Shown here: positions 11,879 through 25,500 of the stretch, in pieces
Position numbering within the stretch: position 1 is the stretch's first letter
Layout: each line of letters opens with the position of its first letter
Position numbers and translations under genes: made by a program
The notes under the pieces: model-generated
Told to the model about the DNA's origin: nothing
Seen by the model: only the letters and a program-made list of their open reading frames with translations
Databases searched by the model: none
From: Octopus sinensis
Lineage: Eukaryota
Assembly: GCF_006345805.1 (NCBI RefSeq)
Contig: NC_043002.1
Location: forward strand, 46,314,001 to 46,378,000
Direction of reading: 5' to 3'
Length of the DNA: 64,000 nucleotides

Positions 11879-11930
11879 GAGTTTCAGGAAGCAGAATGGA
11901 GCATATGCCCCATTCTGCTGCCTGAAACTC
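11879..11930. repeat. 52-bp near-perfect palindrome
   Basis: GAGTTTCAGGAAGCAGAATGGAGCAT|ATGCCCCATTCTGCTGCCTGAAACTC; 24 of 26 pairs. Confidence 0.9.
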
Positions 11931-11964
11931 CCTTCAAAAATATTTCAGTATAAGAAAAATAAAA

Positions 11965-12222
11965 TCATCATCATCGTTTAACGTCCGTTTTCCGTGCCAG
12001 CACGGGTTGGGCGGTTCGACCGGGGTCTGGGAAGCCAGGAGGCTGCACCAGGCCCCAGTCTGATCTGGCAGTGTTTCTACAGCTGGATGCCCTTCCTAAC
12101 GCAAACCACTCCGTGAGTGTAGTGGGTGCTTTTTACGTGCCACCGGCACAGGTGCCAGGAGAGTCTGGCAGCGGCCACGATCGGTTGGTGCTTTTTACGT
12201 GCCACCGGCACAGAAGCCAGTA
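11965..12222 (-). mobile_element. RTE-type 3' end (truncated LINE or SINE sharing that tail), (GAT)n tail
   Basis: Reverse complement contains GGAAGGGCATCCAGCTGTAGAAACACTGCCAGATC and ends AAACGATGATGATG; closely matches 60901-61127. Confidence 0.75.
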
Positions 12223-12314
12223 AAACAGTTTCTTTTTTCACCCCCTTATATTTTCACAATGAAGCAATAAACAGTTTTAATAACATTTCAATCACAAACT
12301 AACGAAAGTTGAGA

Positions 12315-13384
12315 ACAAATGATTAGTTTTAAATTTATTTTATTTATATATTTTCTGTTTTTGTAAAACAATTCTCCAATGAAGAAATGACATTTCATAT
12401 AGAACGAGGAAACTTAAAACAAAATATGATCAATGTTAAATTCTTAATAGCCTTAACTTGTGTTTCTTATATATATATAATGTTATTAACTTTTTACTAA
12501 TGTCGAGTTGATCCAATTTGAAAAAATGTCAGTGAAAGAATAATTTTTATTGATAAAAAGCAGTTTAAGTAGACAAAGGAAAGAAGTTGAAGTAGGAAAA
12601 AAAATTATGGAAGGTATGTGATTGTTGTTTAGAAGAAAAAAAAATTTGAAGTGTGTGTGTATGTGTGTGTGTAGTAGAGCATATGCAGTTCAGGTGCCTT
12701 GTTTATTTCCTTTCTGAAATATGCTTGTAAAAAAATAGTAAGATGGTCATATAGTTTTCAGAAAGATTTCTCTTGCACTTGTTTCATAAAAAATATACAG
12801 TGTAACAGAGATTGAAAAGTAAGATTACTAGAGAGAAGCATAATATTATGCAATATGCAAGTTAGTCTAGAATAGAGGACAGAAATATGAGAAATGTACA
12901 AGTTTAGGCAAGGAAATGTTGCCATTGTATTGGGTTAAGTGCCTACATACACATTTTCTTGATTAAATATCATATATTTATATGTATAATATATATAATT
13001 ATTGTAACAAAATAAACTTATTTACAATGATTTTTTTCAATGAATTTTGTACAGCATACACAACCACTATATACAGATATTGTTGTCATTCTCCTTATCA
13101 CCATGCCCTGTTAAGAATCAAGGCAAAATATACCAGAGCACAACTGAATCTCAACAATAATTGATTAGTATAATGACAAATCCTTCTTCTCTCACACGCC
13201 TCATATGTATTATACATACATTGAAAGTATTTCATCCCAAAAGGGATTTGTTTCTACCTGACATTCATTCACAGAAAACGGGATGGACAAAAAAAAGTGT
13301 GGGGGATGCAGATCTAAAAAAAAAAAAAAAAGTGGGAGGGTTGAATCTTTTGACCTACAATATAAATATTAACATAATAAATTA

Positions 13385-13419
<35 letters not shown>

Positions 13420-16400
13420 CATACATACATATATATATATATATAAAATTATAGTAACAGACATTAAATAAAACAAATATATATATATTGAGAAAAATAT
13501 AAAACAGATATAAAAATGTAATGGAAGTTTATCCTGATGCTGGAATTTTAAGAAGCTACATAGCAAATGTTCAAAGACTAATAGCCCAATTTGATGAGAA
13601 AAGTACTTAAAATAGCTTCTTAGGTTTACAAACACACTCACACATACACACAAAAAAAAAAAAAAGATTTTTTTTTTTAATGTGGGATGGGGCATGGATA
13701 TCATTTGCCTACATTTCAATGTCTCCAGACTATTGAATCGGAAGACTCTTTGGCAATTGATTTTTTAAAAAGGTAAAAACATCAAAGAGGAAAATGTACA
13801 CATATTAAAAGAAAGAAAATATCCTACAGCATTGAAGAGTTAAATAAATCTGAAGCTAGATAATATTATTAGAAATTAACAGTTGTGGAAAATTTTAGTA
13901 TATAACCTAATAATTTGGTATTAATATAATTTTTTATTTTTTTACTTCAATTATCTTTCCTAAATTTAATCTATGTTCTGGAAAGTCAATAGTAGAATGT
14001 AATGAAAGGATTTAAATTTTGAAAAATATATTCCGATTAGTTAGTTACAAAGCAACCAGTAAATGAGTACATCAGTTGTTTAGACTCAGACCAGCCTTGA
14101 TCAAGACATTCCAACCATGATCATCTGATCTATATATATATATATCCAATATAGGTAGACTCAAAGAAAGTACTCCTTTCAGTGAGATAAATTATTAATT
14201 TAATACACAAGTGGAAGACTACTAATAGTTTCATGCTTTTATGATACTTGGCATATTTATATAATATGCCTAGTTACAGTATTATAAAACTATTAGTAGC
14301 TCTTCCACTTGTACATTAAATTGATATATACACATATATATATATATATATTACAGATACATATAACATTATCCAAACAATTTTGAATATAGAAAAAAAC
14401 TCAAATAACCTGGTCCCAACCCCCCAGTACAATTTAAATAATGTATAATATTGCCCTCTCTCAAATCATTATTTTATTATTACTTAGTGAAAATCAAATT
14501 AATTTGACTACTTTAATTTATATATATGCATCTGCAATAAAATTTCATTTTTCTAGAAATATATTAAATTTCAAATCAGAAAAGTAAGATGTAGTAACAT
14601 GTAGCACACATTACATATATAGTTGAATAACACAGATGTGTGCACAAGTTTCTTACACTAATGAAGTCATATCTGGTTGCCCATCGGATCTCCATTTGAT
14701 CATTCAGTAAATATATCTGCTATTTGGAATAACGTCACTATCAAATAATAGCTGTAGCTAGCTCTCTCTGACTAGAATCATTGACTAATCACCTGGTTGT
14801 GTAAACTACAGCTAACAGTAGCAAAGTTTTTCTTCGGTGGGTTGCAACATTACAGGAATAATGCTATGGAGAACACCAGTTAAAAGAATATTAAACAAAG
14901 TATTTTAGTTGCAGTTTTTTTTTTTTTAAACATGGTACTTTTTCTTTTCCATTTCGTGTTGTTTTTGTTTTACAAGAAATTTGTTGAGCTTATTTGAGAG
15001 TTTTACAATATAAGATTTTATATTAAAATTCAAAGCTGAGTTGTTGTTTTTTTTGTTGTGTGTGTTTGTTTTCTTCAATGGTTATTGGAAAAGAAAAAAG
15101 GTAAATAGACAAATCAAACCCTGTGAAATGAATAATTTAGAAACAAACAAAAAAAAAAAAAGTACAAAAATATGACACCATATAAATCACAGCTTAGAGT
15201 GGGGGGGTAGTGAAATTTTAGGGATGGAGGGAAGAGCAATTATGATACTTTTTTTTTTAATATTTATCTTTAGCTTTGACCAGACATTCAACATGCAATG
15301 TCCAAACAGCTATTTTTGTTTCTTCTTCAGACAACTTGCTTAAATATAAGCTTCTTTTCATCAATACAAGTTTTAATGTGATATTTTTTCAACAGAATTC
15401 TTTATTTTTACTATATATACATACACACAATATTTTTTTTTTTTAATCATTCCACCCCAGAACTTTCCTTCTAATTATTGTTTGAATAAGCTTAAATAGC
15501 AAATTCTCAAATGCAACATATTAAGGTTGTAATGAAGTAGTAGCCATATGAAATAAAACTGGCTAACGGACAGAGTGAGTCAAGAAATGAAGTCGTACTC
15601 ATGATTGATGGTTATAAAAATTATAATAACCAAGTGTTTCTCACAAAGTACTCATCATATTTATGTCTTGACTTGCCTTGCTTCTTGCAAAGGGAGTGGG
15701 GATAAAGAAAGTTTCAACACAACAAAATAGAGAGAACATAAACACTTTCAGTTTTCATCTTCCCTCCCACCCGATGAGGTCGAACACAAAATTTACATTT
15801 GCTATAACGAGCATTCTTTTGTTTAGTTTTATTTTTAATTTTTTTTACATAAATATGAGCTCAATTTGAAAATTTAAGAATGTCCCAGTATCAGCATGAG
15901 GATTGCGCATATTTAATAATCTCAAACGTATTTTCTCTTTTAGAATTTAAATTATTATTATTAATTAACCCCAATGTTTTGATGTCACCGATAACAAAAT
16001 TCATAAATGTAAGTATTGTATAGGCATCTACAGACCCACACATGTACATACTGCATATGGTAATGACTAATAAAGATTTTAGTAAAAAGTATTCTTCGAG
16101 TGAGAGTAAGTGAGCAAGCGTATAGTTAGGTGACAAGTAACTAGTATTTAACAAGAAGTTATAGCTGACAAAAATCATAGTATGACTGATAAGCGGTATG
16201 AAAAAAAAAAAAAAAAAAAAAAAGAAACAATGACACACACAGGTAGACGTGCTATGTAGTGACATAGGATAGGGGAGGGGTAGTAAAGATGTGTTCATCA
16301 AATAAAGACAGCATGTTTTTTTTGTTTTTTTAGCTCTTTTATAAATATGTGACCATATATTTTTGCTTCATATTTTGTCATTAAAAAAATTATTTTTTTA

Positions 16401-18519
16401 ATAATAGAAAAAAAAAAGCCCAAAGTTTCATTTATGTGAATGTCATTTAATGAAAGGACCAATAACAGTAACAATAAAAAAAGCCAAATTTTTCATTTTT
16501 CTGCATTTTGTAAAAAATAGACTTTAAGAGCAATCTTAGAGGAGAATATGTATAAATTATGTGCATGTTATATATTATATGTATAAATATGCCCCACACA
16601 AACAAATGATAAATTGTGATAAAATACATAGATTCCCTCATTTCAAAAAGAAAAAAATACTAGTCATCAATAGTAAATCCAGATGATTTAGAAAGAAGTT
16701 TGCTTTTTTTATTTTATTTTCTCTCAATTTGCTAATTTATTAACTAGGCACAAGGCCAATTTTATTAGAGGTTATAGTTGATTGAAATGACCCCAATGGA
16801 GCTCACCTGGCTGTTAAGATACAAGCTTAGCAATCAGTGTCAATTTTTGCATTTCATTACAATGCAGGGACACAGGAAATGACAATTTTAAATGTTCCAG
16901 CCACCTAAATGTAGAATAGGTACCATATGGAAGTACAATTCAACACAAAGCACCAGGTTTGTATGTACTTTGCTAAATTAATGTTACGTTAGTTTGCAGT
17001 GCAAAAATCCAAATCCTCCCATACTTAAATTAGAATGATCTGGAATCTCAATTCGAGTTAATGTTTTCGAAATTGAAATGAAGGTGACCATATTTATTTA
17101 GTAATAGTGATGGATAAAAATGAAAATAAATTTTGTTCTTAAAAAATGACCTCTTAGAAACTGTCTTATATCCATGTCTGGAATTCAATTCTTTGTCCTT
17201 CTTTTTCAGCAGAAAGCAAGATAGATTGGATGTGTCAGCCAAAAATTCAATGAAGAATTATTGCCACTAGTGGAAATTAGCTCAATGTGTGTATGTATGC
17301 ATTACACATACATGCACATAACTACACAGATGCATATAGACATGTATAATATGCACATATACATACTTATGAATAAGCCCTAAAGTGAAACAAAGTCCCA
17401 ATATTTTACAATACATACACATTTTCTTTAATTATAATGTGTATAAGTTTTAGTTAATCTTAAAACTGAAAATTAGAATATAAGTAGAATAGAATAATTA
17501 AGAAAAATTTTTACTTTAATTTACATTGTATTTGAGTCACTATAAAATGTTTTATGGGCAACACCTATCAAATGCTGCTACACAATAAAACAATATCAAG
17601 CTGAATATTTTAGTATTTATTTTTCCTATGGGTTTTTACAAAAACACAACTTAAAACAATAATGTTAGCAATTATAATTACCTATATTTTGTATATTACT
17701 ATTCCATTGAATTGTGATTAAAATTTTTTAAATTTTACCTAAATATGAAAACTGGTATTAGAAAAATTTTATATATATATATATATTTATAGTTCATAAA
17801 GGCATATACTTTTTGCCAAATAATGCTACATAAACTGAAGAAGTTAAATGTACTTTTTACAGTGCAAATAGTTTAAGTACAAACAATATTTGAAGGTTAT
17901 AACTTCCTTTTGAATGTTTGCTATTGTACTGCTTATTCTAGGAGTTTCAAATCTAATATATTTATCTTTTTCTTTCTTTCTTGGAATAAATTAAATTTGT
18001 AACTCTTTTGAAAAATCAGCACAATTTGAAGAAAAAATGACAGCTTGACAATCTAACTTAAATGGAAAACCATGAGCTTACAGTGACATTCAATCAATTA
18101 CAATTGACTTCAAGTCTGATTAAATTCAATTACACATACCTGTGTAGATAGGACACAAGGCACTGGAATAACTTAGCCCTAATCTTAGCAGAAAAAAGAT
18201 TAAGATTAAAAAGATGACAGCATGTGAAAGAGCCCACAGCAGCATAAACTATAGGGGTTGGGGGAATATATAATATATATTTACAATGATAAAATTGTAG
18301 TTTGTGCTTTCCTTTTTTTTTTTCTTTTTTTAAAAAAAGTTTTCAGGGGCCCATAGAATGAAACTGGATTGAGGCAATTTTAGTTAATAGTATCTCTCCT
18401 TTGTTAAGATCCTTCATCAGTGTGCATAGATGTGTGTATGTGTATGTGTGAAAACGGGAATCAAAAGACTGATCTTGGATGAGATGACAGCCATTAGCAA
18501 CACTTGGAACAATTTAACC

Positions 18520-18550
<31 letters not shown>

Positions 18551-18767
18551 TTTTTACTTTTATACATACAAACCACAGTTTTTCAGACAACTGTTATAAT
18601 TAAAAATTCAAATTAGAAGCAAAAAGTGTTGATGGGATGGAATTAAATAATTTTTTGTTTTGCTTTGTTTTTTTTTACCAAATAACAGGAAAATTTGTGT
18701 ATATGCACGTGTCTAATGAATGCATATATGTGTGTAACTATATACACACATATGTATACACATACCA

Positions 18768-18835
<68 letters not shown>

Positions 18836-20179
18836 ATTATATGAATCTAGCTATATGTAGGTATGTGCATGTGTGTCTGCATATGTTTGTGTATAAGTTA
18901 ATACAAAAATGAAAAAGAATATGCCTGTGGAATTTGTTTCATATTTATAAGAACTTTTTATTACGTAATTTTGTATTTAAGAATAAAAAAACAAACAAAA
19001 TTCAACAAATTTTATAAAATTTGACAATTTTTTTTCCTTCCCAGATTAAAATTGCCATCAGAGCTTTGATACAAGGTTTTATTTATTTACTTTTTTTTTT
19101 AAATATAATTTTGATTTTATTTGTAACTGTATAAAGATTCGAACCATAATTAGTAATTAACAGTAATTTATGGAATTTTTTGTTTTTAAATAACTATGCT
19201 CTTCATATTTTTATTATATGTCCTTGCCATTAAAAACCATTTAAAATAAAATAAAATATTTAAACTAGACAGCAAGCAATAGAAAAATTTAACAATTGTT
19301 ATAATAATAATAATGATAATAACGAAGTTAAAATTTTGAGATATCTTTCTAATGAAAAGCAAATCTAGAGACAGAGGGAAAAGAGAAAGAAAAAAAAAGA
19401 ATATGCTACATTTATTTTTGTAATCCTTAAAGAAGGGGAATGGGGGAGTCTGTGTCGCTGTGGTCGACAAAACCAGAGTCCATATCAAATTTAATTTTTG
19501 TTAGATTAAACTGCATTTTTTTTTAGTTTTTTTTCTTTTAATTTAAAAAAGTTTTTTTTTTTTATTTCCATGATATAAGAGGAGCTCTTTGGCAGTCAGT
19601 TATCACAAAACAGGAAGAGAAAATAATTTTAATATATATACATATATATACACATATATATATATACACATATATATCGATGTGGCATTGTTTGTTGTTC
19701 TTTTTGTTTTCTGCTTTTTTTTTAAAGTTTTTTTTTTTATAATCATTATTAGGGTGGGTTGTATGTAAGACGAGCTTCTTTGTTTTTCATACCAAAGATA
19801 TTCAGTTGCTGGAGTGGAGGCAAAGGATGCTAAAGAGAAAACAGAGCAGTAGTATTATCAATAATTACATTGGTAGCTGTAAATAGTTCTTCCAGTAGAA
19901 GTTACATTTAATAACTCCATCCAAGGCACTAACTGCATAGAAAAAGGACCCTTTTAGTCTTTTTTATTTTTCTTTTACTGTCTTTTTTTTTTTCTTCCTG
20001 TGTAAGTTCCCAAGCTGGAAATTTGAATTTTCTGCTTTGGTTGGTTGGTTGGATTCAAGCTCTCTAATTCTTACCTCTGTTTATTTCATGAGATGGTGAA
20101 AGAAATAGCATCAGATCCTGTTTGGTTTTATTTGGATTTCTCCATCCATGTAATTACACATACACACATTTATATATAT

Positions 20180-20213
<34 letters not shown>

Positions 20214-21673
20214 TATATATATATGTACATACATATACATATATATACACACACACACATTTTTTTTCCCAATTACTTTGCCTCTGTCCTCCTCCAAATT
20301 ATGCCATTACAAGCATAAAAAGAAATAAAATTCTGAATTTTAAAACAATTTGACCTTGTATATCACAGCAATATCCACACTGGACACTGTTCAATATTAG
20401 GCTCAGCCTATTCATCTCCATGCACACACGCAAACATACAAATATTCTATATACATATGTACATATATGCACTTGCATGTGAAAACGTGCACTTATACAC
20501 ACTCGGATACACATTCAACCACACATACATGAAAAACCATATTCAGTGGCTCTGATAATACAAGTGAATGTAGATGGTGTTCAAATCATCATAGTGGATC
20601 ACACATTAACAATCTGCTGCCATCAAGTACATATATAGAAAATAGTTTTGTGGCTCTGTTGATGTTTTTGATTACATTTTTTTTTTCTGTCAGATATATA
20701 TAAACTAGGTTTTAGGGGGAGTTTAGGTTTGTTATTATTATATGACAATTTTTATTCTCTAAGTTTTAATAAATAAACATTACAGCCAATAATGGCAACA
20801 TTTTGAAAAGGATTTTTTTTATAATTATTTTTAATTTTTTTAAAACAAATATTCAACATACCCTCAAACCACCTTAGTGCTAAAGTTTTCTCCCTCGCTC
20901 ATTCGTCCCTTTTTTTTGTCTTTTTCTCTCGCTATCTCACAGCCATACACACGCACACAATCATACATGCAAAAATGTAGGCCCGCGGTCATAACAGCTC
21001 AAACTTTCTTGGCTTGGTTAAGTGGTAATGGGGATACAATAATGGTAATATATTTTTTTTTAACTAACTGGAATGGCATTTGCTTATAATTTACATTTTT
21101 AGAAAAGTGTAAGTATGTATATATGTGTTGCGTGAGCATGTATACATACACACATCTAATACATATATACATACACACATGCATACATAATACATATATA
21201 TATATACACACACATACAAACATGCATATTGTCTGTGTGTATGTGTGTGTATATATATTTATATATACATGTATTCAAATGGAAGAAACTTGATCCTTCC
21301 TTAATAACCTTTGGTTTAGATTCAGGGGAATTTGAAAAGTGATCCCTCAACCTAAAAGAAATTGGTCAGTAACATATACTTTTGCTGATAGAAGATATTA
21401 CAGGGACTCTACTAATTATTTTGAATTAAATTAAATATTAGATTTTGGTAAATAAAAAAATGTGGGGAGGGGTTAATCTCAGTAGAGATTATTTTAAAAT
21501 ATAAATAACTTAGGGAAAAATTATACACTTAATTTTGAAGAAAGATTTCCTAGTGTAGTAGTAAATAATTATTGAAACTCAATTTAGATTAATTTAAAAT
21601 AGCTACAATAATAATGAAAATATAATGAAAAAGAAAAAATAACTGATAATTTATAACACCATCAGGTCTGGTG
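12315..21673 (-). other. Putative very long 3'UTR of the SERTA gene
   Basis: Nearly SINE-free AT-rich stretch directly after the stop. Tandem AATAAA on the minus strand (plus TTTATT at 12334-12339 and 12339-12344) followed by U/GU-rich sequence. Earlier poly(A) signals also exist, so the true end is uncertain. Confidence 0.35.
14197..14322 (-). other. Long RNA stem-loop (about 38-bp outer stem)
   Basis: AAUUUAAUGUACAAGUGGAAGAGCUACUAAUAGUUUUAU pairs with AUGAAACUAUUAGUAGUCUUCCACUUGUGUAUUAAAUU with 3 G-U pairs and 1 bulge; inner stem GGCAUAUU/AAUAUGCC. Confidence 0.75.
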
Positions 21674-22516
21674 CTAAATTTCTATAAGTATCTGCATTAT
21701 ATTGTCTAAGTCTTCTAGAACATCTGTTCTACAATATGAACTGCACTGAGTGTTTATTAGTGATGTATAGGTAGGTGTCTCAGCTGTCGCTGAGGATGGT
21801 GATGTTGGAGAGGACAGGTTTGTGGTGGTCACACCTGGAAATGTATGCAAAACTTCCTCGGCACTAAGTGGTGTGAGCTTACTGCTCGAATTGGCCAGTG
21901 CCACAAAATCTACATCAAAGGGCGATAAATCAATATCCCCAAAAATGTCATCAGCTTTTTGAAGTGGACTAGTAGGACTTGGGATCTGGGCAATGCTAAC
22001 ACTGCCTTCAAAAGTCGATAGCCTATCTAGTGAAGTCATAAGGGGGACAACAGAGCTGGAGGAACTGTCCCCATTGACTGACCGAACTGTTGGCGATACA
22101 GCAATGTTAGTCTCTCCAGTCTCTGTCATGTCCATATGTTCAGATGTTGTATAGTCTAAAGGGCGAAGGCCAGTAATACTATTCACAATATCATGATTTC
22201 CTTTGTCCTGACTATCAGAAGAGTCAGTAGGTAGATGATCAAGAAAACAGTCAGAAGAATCCATATTGGTATAAGAGAAATTTGAATCCATCGAGGGCAT
22301 CATTGGTAAAGTGATGCCTTCATCATGCAACTCCTGTTCTATATGCTTTAAGGTATTGCGAATGAGGACATTCCGATAAAGTGGTGGCTCAACGCGCCGT
22401 TCTGGTATTGTGCATAACTTCTGCATTGTGATATTTAATATAGACTGACGTTGCTTGCCATAACATTGAAGATCCACAGAGGCTTCAAGGTCATCAAACT
22501 TTCGCTTCACTCCCAT
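21674..22516 (-). CDS. SERTAD2: SERTA domain-containing protein (SERTAD2/TRIP-Br2/taranis-like), single coding exon, 280 aa (285 aa if ATG 22531 is used)
   Basis: N-terminal MGVKRKFDD; SERTA domain QRQSILNITMQKL...EPPLYRNVLIRNTLKHIEQEL (about 22462-22328); Ser/Pro-rich middle; acidic DIFGDIDLSPFDVDF; C-terminal DLDNIMQIL. ATG 22516 has good Kozak context. Acceptor TTTTATTGTTGCAG| at 22540. Exact paralogue assignment is not established. Confidence 0.92.
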   Translation of the reverse strand: MGVKRKFDDLEASVDLQCYGKQRQSILNITMQKLCTIPERRVEPPLYRNVLIRNTLKHIEQELHDEGITLPMMPSMDSNFSYTNMDSSDCFLDHLPTDSSDSQDKGNHDIVNSITGLRPLDYTTSEHMDMTETGETNIAVSPTVRSVNGDSSSSSVVPLMTSLDRLSTFEGSVSIAQIPSPTSPLQKADDIFGDIDLSPFDVDFVALANSSSKLTPLSAEEVLHTFPGVTTTNLSSPTSPSSATAETPTYTSLINTQCSSYCRTDVLEDLDNIMQILIEI

Positions 22517-22539
22517 TGTATCTAGCTGCATATCACAAC

Positions 22540-25500
22540 CTGCAACAATAAAATTGACAGAATTAGGAAGACGTAACAACGGTGTCAAAGTGGCAATTCA
22601 AAATTAATGAAATCAACACTACCTTGAAATTTTAATACAAAAAGTATCTAGCAGGGAAATCCAACACTAATGCAGTAAATACATTTCACATTAAATTAAA
22701 TATTTTCATAATTTTAACTCCGTAAATTGATTTTTAAACATTAACTGATTATATTCCCTAGCAGATATGACAGGAAAGAAGGAAAACATGAAGATTGAGA
22801 TATCGTCAGGTTGCCATACACTAATTAACCCTTTAGCATTTAAACTGGTCATATGTGGGCCAAATAGGTCATAGGCTGTTTTATGTTCAGATCAGGCAGA
22901 TCTGGCTTCTTACACCTACCCTACCACGTCATTTTAAGAACATACAATCATATTATTGAACTCTTCAAAACAATGTTAATAAATAAATAAATAGACATTA
23001 CATCTGACAGAGTAATCTGACTGCTAAAAGGTTAATTTGTTTGTAAAAGAATGAGCAGAAAGAAACAGTAATTGAAGAATAAATTCTTTTAATACTTTTT
23101 AACACTGACCAAACTTCTAATTATTTGTAAGTAGGTTAAACAGTTTAAACAGATCTGTGGAAAGCGATTTTAATATGTATGTGTACAAATATCCATTCCA
23201 GAAATTATAGACACATATGCCTATCTTCTTGGTGGGGCTTTGTGCCAGGAGCCATTACCAGTATTCAAAATACTTTACTGATGATAAATGTTCAAGAAAA
23301 CATGTAATGTTTCATTATATAATACAGATCGAAAATATTGCAACATCCCCAATATCCCGTAAGTATGAAGAGAATGTTAAACATTTGTTATATGGAAACA
23401 TACTGATTTAGAGCCTGTTCAAAGTAACAAATAGCACAAATGTCTCAAGTGAACAGAGAAACTTGGCAAATATAACTAAATAGTGCTAAATATTTGAACA
23501 GTTGAATTTACAAGGATGATGATGCAATAAATTTAGAAACCTCTTGAGAACTTCAGGTTACAGAAAATGTCATCAAACCAGTGAACAAAGAGGACTTCAA
23601 CTTGGTGCAAATCATAATTCTTCTCTTGCTGATAAAGTAAGTTACAATAGCTTAAAATAACACCCCCTTCACATATACATACGCGTGTGTGTGTGAGAGA
23701 GAGAGGGAGAGAAATCCCAGCAGTTTGGTTTAACAATCTGCTTCACAATGGGTTTGATAGTACCACTGCATAGTACCTTAGGCAAAAGTCTTCAACCATA
23801 GCCTTGAGTTGACTTACAATTTGACTGAAACTTAGTGGACAATATAGTGCAGTTTGTGTGTGAGTTGCAGGCATTTTCTGTTTACATCAGACAAAAACAA
23901 CTAAGACAGAGACATAGAATTAAAAGTAAATGGATCCTTCAGTCTTGATGATGAATATTCTAATTGTTGATCAACTAAGCTACATGCTCAGTGAACAATA
24001 AGGGGAGGGGGGCTGAGTGTTCCAGATACCTGTACACAAGACAATTCTCTTCAACAGATTGGAGTGAGCCCAAGGCTGTGATAAAAAGGCATTTGCCTAA
24101 GATGTTATATAGCAGAAGTGAACCAAGAACCTCATTTTTGTGAAACAAACTTCTTAACCTTTTGCTCATATGAGTTAACTCATTTACAAACATAGACACA
24201 AGCATACATACATATAAACGTATATACACACCTAAACTATGTGCATTTTGTATACAGTTGTGATAAGGCACTGCCATCATTGTTATGCCATTTTCCATAC
24301 TTGGATCACCTCCTTTGTCTTCTAGCAACATATACCAAACACTTGAGTACTTTCTCATATCACCAGCATTGGAGAATTTGTTGAGATTCTACAAGCAACC
24401 TTTAACGACTTCTATCCAAAAGGGCTTTTCAATCCTATATTTACATATTTATAGCTTTATCATCTGCTTCAAGATCCACTATTCCAAAAAAATAGTAACA
24501 ACCCTCAAGAGCCCATTCCATTCTGTATCAATTTAATTGTGTTGTCAGTGAAGCAACTCACACAGTCATATCTCCATTTGTTAATTTATTTTGGCATAGT
24601 CTTTTTTATAATTGGATACCCTTCATATGACCAACCACTATAGACTGCAATATAAATGTAACCACTTATTCTTCCATATCCCCCCTGTGTTCTAAGAATA
24701 TTGTATCTGCTTGGATTGTTGTCTGATGGCTCTAAGGTAAATAATTTGAGTGATACACATGTAGGTTGGTGTTATAACAACCTTAAATACAAAGTATTCA
24801 TTGAAAATGTGTCATAATCAGGGTAAAATCCTACAGACAAATCTCTACAAAAGTTTAGGCACTTTGGAATTCTAAACTCAGCAAATTCTACATCAATTAA
24901 AAGCAAGCCAAATGAAAGTGCTCAGAGCATGGTTGATATATGACTACAGTTCTATGTTTAAATATGAATCTACAATACAGAGTCACTCAGTAACTGAATT
25001 CTAATTCTCTTCATACCAATATCAGAGCAAATCCACTTGCTCATAATTGTCTGTCTTAAAATGTTGCCTGCCCTATCTGATACAAACGATAACTATTAGA
25101 TCATTTGATCACTAAAACCTACATAAATTCATGTACTCACATTTTATATAATAATCACAAGACACACACACACACACACGAGAAATATATAGATTAACGA
25201 AATGCAATTCCAAACAGCTTTAATATGCGTTTTATGTAATTAAATATTTGCTTTTGACACCCCCCAAATAAATTAGTACAACTATATAATCATGCAAGAA
25301 ATTTCTCAATGTGCAATTGAAATGCAATTAGGAACAAAATGATTTTAAATGCAATTTTAATATTTAAATTGGAAATTTAAAATAGTGAGGAAGATTCTCT
25401 CAACATGAAACAATGTTACAAATTCTATGTCAAACTTTGTAGATTTAATATATTTTGCAGAAAATATTTTAAACATGTTTAGACAAAAATCCAAAATTAC

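Noticed and set aside
18157-19929. Two miR-124 seed matches (GUGCCUU) in the putative UTR
   Set aside because: The same 7-mer occurs on this strand at several intronic and intergenic sites, so two hits in 9 kb is not clear enrichment.
21660-21676. Possible stop-codon readthrough (TAG followed by C)
   Set aside because: Context UAG-CAC-CAG does not match CARYYA and would add only three residues.
22517-22588. N-terminal extension MTPLLRLPNSVNFIVAGCD of the 304-aa ORF
   Set aside because: It starts at a non-ATG codon and runs through a polypyrimidine-AG acceptor at 22540, so it is intronic.
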